DNA of 64,000 bases. Source: Lingula anatina (Eukaryota > Animalia > Brachiopoda). A program made the translations under genes and the position numbers. The stretch covers positions 28,296,503-28,360,502 of the forward strand of contig CM120640.1 in the NCBI GenBank assembly GCA_051362555.1. Reading direction: 5' to 3'. The notes beneath the pieces were generated by a model. That model was not told the origin of the DNA and did no database searches. It worked only from the letters and a program-made list of their open reading frames with translations. Numbering within the stretch: the first letter of the stretch is position 1; every line of letters starts with the position of its first letter. This document shows, piece by piece, positions 25,201-35,458 of the stretch.

Positions 25201-25717
25201 GGGGAGTCCTATCTCAGACGAAACCATCAGCCTGTTTTTCACCGTAGACTGGCTGCTGTAAGTTTTTTTTTTTTTTGCTTTGCAAACTTCGTGCCATTTA
25301 GTTTTTGTCAAAGGCCGTGTAAAGAAGTCATTTATTTTTACCTCTTACTCTCTAAGAGCGCGTGATTGAGCACACTGTATGTTTATACTTTACATTACAG
25401 CATGTGCTCCTATATTATACAAAAAGCGATAACAGCTTAACATTGATAGTGCTTTAATTTTGTCTATTGGCATGAATTGTCCTTTGTCAGTATAACATCA
25501 AAATTTTCCCAGGGATCGAGTACAAGTGGCTTGTAATAGTTTGAGCTCTGGGCTCGCCTCCGCCGTCGTCGAAAAAGTCTGCAGAAAGCAACTTGATACA
25601 AGCTGTGATCAACCAACTGCAAACAGGCAAGATCTTGAGAACTGCTATGACAATGATGCAGCCACAGTTTCACAAGAGATTCTGCTGGCAAAGTCGATTT
25701 CAGGACGTGGGACATGA
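22242..25717 (+). pseudogene. Rearranged SLC1A-family transporter copy (exons 1-5 and 8 open; exon 6 deleted; exon 7 truncated with a stop)
   Basis: Exons 22242-22479, 22894-23095, 23525-23676, 23953-24079 and 24381-24614 are the same lengths as in the intact copy. There is no exon 6. The exon-7 remnant 25157-25257 has TAA at 25178-25180. Exon 8 at 25513-25717 is open. It may instead be a truncated functional gene (see findings). Confidence 0.8.
24995..25155 (-). mobile_element. L2/CR1-type LINE 3' end fragment
   Basis: The minus strand reads KTFLIIAAPILWNGL; duplicate of ~700-860. Confidence 0.55.
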
Positions 25718-25733
25718 ACAAGTGCCCTATTTG

Positions 25734-26035
25734 GGACCATTCAGAATAGAAGATCCGAGTATAAACTGGTCCAAGGCTCAAATATGGCGGGCCCTACATG
25801 AAAGGAAGACCGCTTAATCCTGTATTGGTCTCTCCGCCTCTCACACGCCTCCCCAAGCGTCTGGTCGAATGGAGCCGAGATATTAATTACTGTGCTTCTG
25901 CAGGGATGACGCATGGGGAGGCGTGTGAGAGGCGAACAGACGATTACAGGATTAAGCGATCTTCCTTTCATGTAGAGTCCGCCATATTTGAGCCTTGGAC
26001 CAGTTGATACTTGAATCTTTCATTCAGAATGGTCC
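25734..26035. mobile_element. Foldback MITE (~300 bp, ~120-bp imperfect TIRs) just 3' of the SLC1A copy
   Basis: Termini ggaccattcagaa / cagaatggtcc with long inverted arms (acatgaaaggaagaccgcttaatcctgta / tacaggattaagcgatcttcctttcatgt). This explains the mirror-image ORFs 25741-25971(-) and 25798-26007(+). Confidence 0.88.
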
Positions 26036-26170
26036 ATTTGATGATGTTTACCTGTAAAAGTAACTTCTTCGGTGATGTGGTATCTAAGACCTCTTTGCCC
26101 TTAGAACCAACTAGAGGGGAAAGGTCAGATAGGGACAGTAAGAAGTATGTAGTTGATGGCCCTTGCTCCA

Positions 26171-26560
26171 AATGCCAAACAATAGACAGTTACAATAATC
26201 AAGACATGCCACCATTGCGTGAATCTCTTAGCCTTTTCTCATTTATAAACTGACAGATTTCTGGATACTCCGAAGACCAGAAAAGAATGCTTTGCATGTT
26301 TGGTTGATATGTTTGGCCATATCACTTGTCATCAATCACAATTTTTTTTACTTCATGTGGGTCTACAGGTTTTTGACACATTGGAGGTGATCTATTATTA
26401 ATACATATGAGAAATAATTGGATACGAAGTGAATGCAGACTGAATATTGGCAACGCTAAGCACAAAATGATTTTAAAATAACCAACACATTGCAGACACT
26501 GATCTATGTGCTTTTCACAATCTTCAAATTTAACCATAGAACATAGATTTCAGAGTAGCT
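26171..26560 (-). mobile_element. Degenerate L2/CR1-type LINE ORF2 fragment
   Basis: The minus strand gives MAKHINQTCKAFFSGLRSIQK and IHAMVACLDYCNCLLFGI, resembling L2/CR1 'HI..CK.....LR.I' and 'LDYCNSLL.G' motifs. The right boundary is approximate. Confidence 0.7.
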
Positions 26561-27932
26561 GGTATAGAGCATGATACTGTAGGCACAACTGGCAACAACA
26601 AGATGACAAGTTCTCTCGAATTGCAATTTATTTGAATAAAAGTAAATAAAATCTGTTTACTAGAGTAGATCTATGGATTATCTGTATTGCTTGTTGCTAT
26701 TGTATCGCACTGTAAGACGACAGTCACGGAGCACAGAGCATCGCCCTTACCGCCTAAACGTGGCTTCACACACTGTTGTCAGTCTCCTGTAAATAACGAT
26801 GAGATAGGAGTAAATACTGCCTTAGTCTAAGTGCACTTCAACATAGTAGGTCAATTTTAAAGATTAAGGAGGCAGTGGACCTTTATTTCTATATAACCTT
26901 TCCCCCTTCTTATACACTTCTTGTCAAGTTTAATAAGAAAATTCGGGTTTAGGCTACCACCTGAAAATACAAAAATAACTCGGTATTAACCAATTTTGTT
27001 CCTCCGGTAGCAGAAAAGCTGTGGGGTTGAGAGTAGCTGTGAGGTCAGATTCGACCAAGGTAAGCATTGTTTTGGTTTTTCATTTATTAGGGTATGATAA
27101 AGTGGTCAAGTTAGAATTTCGTATGTATTTTCCTAAAAGTTGACGTGATCTTAACCTTTTTATCATTCTTTTACTGGGACATATGTGAATCTGGACACAT
27201 AAGTCATTTATTCTTTTTTGCTTTTTTTCTTTTAAAAAGGAATATGAAAAGCTGTTACTCAACACACGTACAGAGGGCGTTAATTTCATTTTAGTATGCA
27301 TTTATAAAGTCTACGCATTGTCTACGGGCGAAAAACGAAATTTTGTTGTCCTACACACACACACACACACACACATACACACACACACACAAAAGGGATG
27401 TCAATGAAACTGTTTTTGTAAAGAGGTCGTGATGCAGCAAACTAAAATCTTAAACGGTCTAGAGCATTAGAATTAACTAAAAACTCGGTTGTTGTAACCT
27501 TACTGGTTGTCAATGATTATTGTGATCGCAGAAACCTAGGAACATGTATTTTATAAAAGTAGATCAGTTTAACCTGTCCTATTAATCAAATGTTGTTAAA
27601 TGTGTCATATGCAAACCATGTTTTTAAAATGTTGTGACGCGTAAATAAGTAATTGTTTTTTTTAAATGAATATGAAACTTAAAAAAAATCTTTTATTGAC
27701 CATGCTTTTACTATTCTATTTTCCAAACAAATTAAAATACCCTTAGATCTTAGATTTGTTATGTCCCGAATTGCTATTGTGTAAATGAACAAATTAAAAC
27801 CATGAAGTTAGTGATGCATTGTGTAACTCCGATCGTGTCAAGGCATTGTTTTTGTAAGGTTATCAAAATAAATCTTGTTCATTCCTTCAAGATACCACCA
27901 AGCGAATACAAGTGATCTGGTGCACTAGCAAA

Positions 27933-28773
27933 ATGCCGACTTTATCCTGCAATAAGTGCGGCCAAAAATCGATCAGGGGATGGCTCATCAAGAACAGATT
28001 ACTGATCATTTCGATGATTGGGATATGCCTAGGTATCATCCTTGGCTTCGGGCTTCGACCAGCTTCCCTCTCGGAATCCACCATAATGTGGATAGGTATT
28101 TGGGGAGAGTTATTTCTGCGCATGCTCAAAATGATCATCATTCCGCTGGTAATAGCTTGTCTAGTTACAGGTAACCGAGTTTTTTCCTGATTATCTTATG
28201 CTAAAAAAAGTTCATCATCTGGTAACTATTTCACTTATTCTTGAATGAAATCCCCAACGCATGGCTCTACTTTATCTAGTACTTATGAATTGTAAAGTAG
28301 AATGTTTAACAAACACTGGTATGTAACAAGTTAATTGCTGCTTGTTTCCATTTGGGCCAGTGCTTACTATATAGCGATGAAAGCTCTAAAGACAACATCA
28401 GTGGATAGCATCATCTCCACACATCACACATTGTGTTAAATAAATCAACGAGCTTAAAACCTCCCACTGCAACTTAAATTACTTCAGGCGTTTTCAAGAT
28501 ATACACCTATGTGACGTTCCAAAAAATTATATATTTTTATGCATATACTTTACGTTGTTAAGTATAACTTCAGGTGTCGGTGCTTTAGAAGTTAAGACCA
28601 GTGGTAGTATCGGAATTGCAACTCTGGTGTACATAATCGTTACCCAGGTTATTGGGGTCATGATTGGTATTATACTGGCAGTCTCTATCAGACCAGGAAC
28701 TGATTTGGGCGATGAACCACAATTTGGAACTGCCAGTAGCACAGAATATGGGGATACATTTGCAGATATGTTA

Positions 28774-28817
<44 letters not shown>

Positions 28818-31800
28818 AGTATACGACTCCTTTATCGTTATCTGTGCGCTGAGAAAAATTTAAGGAAAAATATTTTAAAAAATACCTGCTTTGTAACCTT
28901 TTTCAATGAAATACATACATACCGAACTTTTTCAATAGAAACCTCGTCCCAGAAAACGTGGTTCAGGCATGCTTGCAACATGTGGAGACAGAGGTTTCTT
29001 CAAATAAAAGCAAGGAAAATACCGGTTCTACCAAGAATTTGACTGTACCAACAAAATCGGTGGTTTACAAGGAAGGGACGAATTTATTAGGTCAGTCCTT
29101 AAAAAATTTGCAAAATCATTTTGTTCAAGTTCAATGAGTAAAAATACTAATGAGCTACATTATCCGTAGGCTCAGATTTACTTTTGTTTCTGTTTCTGTT
29201 TTTATAAATGAATTCTGCAGTTTTAGAGTTTACGAATATTATGTTTTGATAAAGTTAATACGTTGTATTAAGGTGAACATGGCTGAACAGAGCCCATCTT
29301 AACCCTCGGTCACAACCGGCCGCACGGGCTCTTACGGCCTGTTTGCGTCCAAACTTAAGGGAAAATCTTGCGAAATTTCGAGTACGCAGACAGCCCGTAA
29401 GTACGTACTGAGGATATTAGATATTGGATATTGTCCAAAAACTACAAATAATGCGAACAGCGAGGCCGCAAGTGTAACTTGGTCCCCCACGGAATTTGCA
29501 AGGAGTTCGCAAGTGAGACGTACATGGTCCAGGACGCACATCGCAAGCAACGAAGGAGTAAGTGCCCCTTGCCTGTTGAGGATGTTCGCACGCCCTCACA
29601 AATTACGAACAAAATCGAACGCACGGCGGGATCGCGTCACCCCACGCCAGGAGTGTAAAAGGCGCACGCTCGTGTTTCGCCGATGAACGTCGATTGTGCA
29701 ACGTGTACAAGATTTTTCAAAATTTTTGAATTTTGCTCAATTCGCTTTCCAATAGGCCTCAAAAAGACAAGGAAAAGAAGCTTAGAGAGAAAAGAAGAAG
29801 TGTGAACTACTTTCGCCGTGCAATGCATTCTCTTCATAAGTGGTGTGTGCCACGTACGCAGACTGCAAGACAGACTCAAGAAATGAGTACAATTTTCACG
29901 GCAATCGCACCCTGCAAGTATCTTCGTTAATACACGACGTGGCCACTGCGACTCGCAAGGCAGACTTGCCCATTGTCACTGCAACCTTCATTTACCTCTA
30001 CGAACTCCATGGCCTTCACTGTACCCAAAATTCGCGACGGACGTGAGACCCTTAATACGTCCGGTTGTGACCGAGGCTTTACGTATGACTGTCTAGTATC
30101 AAAACATATACATTTATTTTTTTACTTCAAGGGATCATAGTATTCAGCTTGGTGTTTGGTTGGGGAGTTCACGCTGCCGGTGAGGTCGGAAAGCCTGTTT
30201 ACAATTTCTTTGTTGGAGTGTCTGGTGTCATATTCAAGATGCTGACTCTAATCTTTTGGTATGATTTATTTTAAACACAATAATGCATATTTACGAGTTG
30301 TGTTTCAATGTCAAATTCTGTCAATCCTGCGTTTTATAATGTACATGGACAGATTTCATTTTTTACTGGAGGTAAAAAACATTACACGGTTGACTTTGGA
30401 ATGCAATCACTGCATGTATGCCACATGTTAAGTATATACATGTATTTACATATCTGAGATATCAAGACTTTTCTACCCCCCCCCCCCCCTTTTTAAATCC
30501 ATAAAATTGGCATTTTGATTCAGGGTAAGTTTCCTTCCATTTTGTTGAGAGACAAGCCTGATTCCCGCATTTTATTTTGGAAAGATGGGATGGATACCCC
30601 TTCATCTGTCTTAAACAACGTACGAAGCACGCCCTGCCCTTTTAGGACATCATCGCTGTTTTCATAAGGCATTCATGGTCGCAATTTATTTTGACGAGGT
30701 TTTGTGTACAATAAACATAAAGGGGGGCTCGATGCGTTAGGATCTATTGCCTTATCCGCTTAGATCAGAGACGTTTCTATTTTGGCAATGGACATAATGT
30801 TGCAAGAATGTGTTATTGTTGTTATTGGCAGGTATGCTCCTCTAGGAATCGCCAGTTTGATAGCGGCATCCATTCTTCGTGTTGAAGACATCTCAACGGC
30901 TTTCCAGTCCCTTGGTCTGTTTGCTCTGAGCATCGTTGTGGGGAACATCTTTTATATATTGGTAGTTTTACCATTAATTTATTTCGCCTTTGTGCGCAAG
31001 AACCCCTACAAGTACCTGTATAACCTCCTGGAGGCACTGCTGGTTGGAATAGCTCCACCGAGCAGGTAGAATTTCTCTCTCTATATTTTTTTAAATTAAC
31101 ACACTTATTCTCATGTTTGTTTTTCGAGCCTAACATGGCGAAAATTGCTTGCCTTTGTGATAAATAAGATTAAATGTGATAATCAAGTAGACCGATGTGG
31201 TATACGTACGTTCACATACTGATGTTTCTTCAAAATTCATTACATGATCGTTTTTTTCATTACTCCAAGCGCTGCCGCCATGCCCTTCTTGTTCAAATGC
31301 TGTGAAGAGGAGTGCAAGATTGACAACAGAGTCACTAAGTTCGTCCTTCCGATTGCTGTGACCATTAACCGCGATGGATCCGTTATGTTCATAATAATTG
31401 CCGCCATGTTCATAGCGCAAACCTATGGTATGACCATTGGGGCTGGAGAGGTGGCCATAGCCGGGTGAGATAGGATCTTTGTAGTGCGTGCACATCTAGC
31501 TTTTTTAGACTACTTGGTTAAGACGATTGTAAGGGTGAATATTTGAGAGGACATGGTTCAATTACAGATAAAAGTCAATTGCCAAAGACAAAAGTGTTGA
31601 CCCCCCCCCCAAAAAAAAAAAAATAATAAATAAAAAAAAAATAAATAAATAAAAGAAATGAAAATTACCAAATAATCCTAAGAAACCAACTCATTTTCAG
31701 CCTTCTCATTATATTGCTGTCCCTGTCTTTGGCTGCCATTCCCAGTGGCAGTTTGGTTTTATTAGTTATCGTCTGCAGTGCAATGGGGATTCCTATCTCA

Positions 31801-32558
31801 AACGAAACCATCGGCCTGTTGTTCACCGTAGACTGGCTTCTGTAAGTATTTTTTCTGTGTTAATTAAAAAATTATTTGTGCTGGTGGCCTATTTCTTTTA
31901 GTTAACCTGTCGAAGGTCGCAAGTTGATAAACGTAATGATTGTGGTAATTCAAGTGTAGGTCACTTGTCATAGCCATTGTTTTCTATCAAATTAGGTGTT
32001 CATTCCTAGTACGTTGAAAATAATTTTAATAAATAGTAATATATAAAATAATAATACAATAAATAGTCAAACCTACATTTAACGACCCTTTGCGGTTGAA
32101 AGTTAGATATATACACGATGTGATGTAGAATTTCTGATTACCCACTGACACGTCGTGGAATGCAACAAATTTTGTTTTTTGATTGAAAATTACCTGAAAT
32201 TTGGAATAACTGAAACGTTGTTACACGTAATAGGGAAAATTTTCGTCTACTGTCCCGTAAAAAAGCGAGTTATTGAACATCCTTTCATATTTGCTCTAAT
32301 ATTGTATAATTAATTCATAATCACATTTTGCATTGTCATTGAATGTGCTTCGATACCAAAAGGCATTACTTAAAAACATCCAGCAGATTTTAATCCTCTT
32401 TTTCCAGGGATCGAGTGCGGTCGGCCAGTAATATTTTGAGCCACGGGTTTGCCTGCGCCGTTGTCGAAAGGGTCTGTAGAAAGCAACTTGAAACAAGTAG
32501 TGATCAACCGTCTGCAAGCACACAAGATCACGAGAACTGCTATGACAATGCAGTTTAA
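27933..32558 (+). CDS. SLC1A-family (excitatory/neutral amino acid transporter, dicarboxylate/amino acid:cation symporter) protein, divergent, 479 aa, 8 exons
   Basis: GT-AG exons 27933-28170, 28574-28775, 28939-29090, 30132-30258, 30832-31065, 31270-31464, 31701-31841, 32408-32558 total 1440 nt in frame. Family motifs: GELFLRMLKMIIIPL, DMLRNLVPENVVQAC, NLLGIIVFS, WYAPLGIASLIA, RVTKFVLPI, VDWLLDR. Confidence 0.93.
29302..30078. mobile_element. Non-autonomous PIF/Harbinger-type DNA transposon in SLC1A intron 3
   Basis: TIR accctcggtcacaaccgg / ccggttgtgaccgaggct with TTA TSD (29299-29301, 30079-30081). Interior homologous to 20013-20701. Confidence 0.88.
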
Positions 32559-35458
32559 CAACGGACTCTGCTCGCCAAGTGGGTTTTAGGAAGTAAAGTC
32601 GTGAACAAGTCGCCTGATTAAGCTTGCCAATGAGTCCAGTCCCTTCGGCTATATTTGATCTTTACCATTTGCCCACAGTAAAGTCTTGAATCCGACATTT
32701 TGCATTTATGAATATTGCTAATGAAGGAAGGAGGTCATGCTCTCTTTCTGGTTTTTGTTCATGGCTTTAAAGACAAATAACAAACGTATTTTTTTTGTAT
32801 CTGAGACATAAGCAGACGATTCAAAAGTTTCTGTATAGGTATTATTTACCTGTTTATATCGGTAAAACTATTCACCTATTCAAGGCCTAGCTATATCGGA
32901 AAAACGCGGCACTACACAGGTTTGGTTTGCTATTTACAGAGCAAGGGTACGAAAAAAGAGTGCAGCCGAGAATGTATAAGATGAAGTATTATGTACATTT
33001 GCATGATAACAATATCCAAAATTCAAACTGAGAGCATAGTTTGTATCCACATTATAAAATTAAAGACATTTTCAGAATAAAAAGCTGAAAGATATTTAAA
33101 TTTACCAGTATCCTCGTTTTGCTATTATATTCCGCAATTCAGCTCGCAAACTATTTTATTGCAAATCCTACGCCTTTAAAATTTTATATTCAATTGACGC
33201 GACCTTGCCTATATTTGTTGTTCAAAACCGCATTGATGACACTTTTTCAGATTGTAAATAATAATTGGCTGCAATAAATGATAATATAAAAGGGTTTTTG
33301 CACTTTTTAATTGCATGCCATATGCCCAAATGCCATGGACAGACATAGTCTATTCGTTTTCTTCACAGATTAATGCAGTGTTTTATGCACTCTAGGACCC
33401 AAAATATCTTCTATCGTAGATTTGAGTAATTTGCAATTGTTTATCAATACTTTCAGAACAAGATGAAATTGCGCGGCATTTTAAAAACATAGGACGGGAA
33501 ATAATCAGAATATTTTTTAATTAAAATCTAGATTAAAATTTAAATAAAAATAATTAGATTAAAATCATGCTATCTCCTTCCTAATGAATTGGACAAAATA
33601 GTTTCAAATACTTCACGCTACGTATCATTTTGTGTAAATATAACGTAGACCTACCCTCGGAACGATAAATGGTTGAACGAAGTTTCAGAGCGGTGGTGGT
33701 CATATATACTGTATAGACTAAACTGATTGCAAAGTATTGGAAACTGGCTTAAACACCTACACTACTGTAATTATTAAGGAAAAACACAACGCACTGTAAT
33801 ATCAAATGCATATTTTTTTTACTTCACAGCAGGGTAAGTATTGCGCCTGGATCTGCTAGTGTAACCACATCAACTTTGTAAATAAATATACACAAGTCCC
33901 ACAAGTTTAACTAGAGTACCATAATTAAGGGGTTAACAAAAAATACCTATCAAAAAATAGTTAACGTTTGTTTGCAAATAAACAGAACTGAAAAAAAAAT
34001 TTATAAAGCGATAACAAAAAATAACAAATACCTAAGCACACAAAGCAGTGCCAAACTGAAATAAAAGAGGTCTCTGGCTACTCAAACAATAATAATTATA
34101 CTATTGATGAAGTTTATGAGAACAATGTTAAACATATTAAATACTTAGAAAGGTTTGCTGCCATCCTTTGTGGAACCTTAACCTATTACTAAAAAATGCC
34201 TCTATGTACAGATTAGCTGCCATCAAGGGCAAAAGGTATCTCTAAAACTACACAAGACAAACAAGATATAAGACACTGTCGTAAGTTAGACTGAAATTTG
34301 TGCCAACAATATTTAAAAAGAACATGTGACTTGGTGAGTTTTCTCATAACAATCATGCCTTTTAAATGGGAACTTATATTTTTTAAATATTGCTTTTAAC
34401 TTGAATAAGTGATTTACTTGAGAACACTCTGATCTCTTTTTAAGTTCCACTAATTAAGATAGCTATCATTAGCTACACATATTATCTATTAATTATTTTC
34501 TTTCTTTATTTTTACTTTTCATAGATGAAGTATCATGGAATGAACAGAGATCAACACACTGGCCAGATTATGCAGTGTTGTCGTATTTAAAACTCCTGCT
34601 AAAGTGTAGTTTATTAAATATGAGAACACTAAACAAACTGGTCTAACAAAAGAACTATAACTGCCACAACCACCCACATAACTTGTATGTACAGAGTTTT
34701 CATAAAATATTATGCAAAACTGATATATTTTTTTAACCTTTCACTAATGTGACTTTTTTTAGTTAAGCATGAAGCAGCATTTCTCCCAACATTACCAGTA
34801 CAAGATATAAATACACAGTTACAATGTAAGTTTGGCGGCTTTAAATAGTGTCAAAAGAAATTAGTGAAAAAAAAAAAAAAAAAAAAACGTTTTCACCGGT
34901 GGCTTATCACAAACTTTCAGCCTCTCACTTATATACACAAATTTACAGCACAAATATCAATTGTGATTATCTAAATATATTAATAATAGGGGAAAAAGGG
35001 GAAAACAGACTTCAATACCATGAAGAATCAAACATAACTGTCTAGCCCTGACATAAAAAACACTCAAAAGCATTCATAACAGGAGAGGACTTCAAGAGCA
35101 CAAACCTATGCCCAGGAAAAGGCAGTTACTGAAAGTGATTACAGAAACAAAAACGCTTCAAAAAATTATTAGGAAACCTGGATTCGGTTGGCATTGTCAT
35201 CACTTTTTTCCCTTCTAAATAACTGACTTACATGAAAATTTCATCAAAATTTGTGCAGAACTCTTTGTGATCCACTAAAAAAACATAAAAACCAACACCG
35301 CTGTATACATGACCTCCTTTACAGGAGAAGGTAAGGGCACTTTCATTAAATGAAAGAAATATCTATAATGACAACTTTAAAATAAAAACCAATTTTAACA
35401 CTTCAAAGAATTTAACCATTCCCTATAAAATTAGTGTGTTAAATTGTGTAGCAATCTT

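Noticed and set aside
25741-26007. Two similar ORFs on opposite strands (MKGRSLNPV / MKGRPLNPV)
   Set aside because: Artefact of the MITE's inverted arms.
35170-35335. Possible Helentron/HINE remnant ending catgacctcc...ggagaaggtaa
   Set aside because: Too degenerate to support without a library search.
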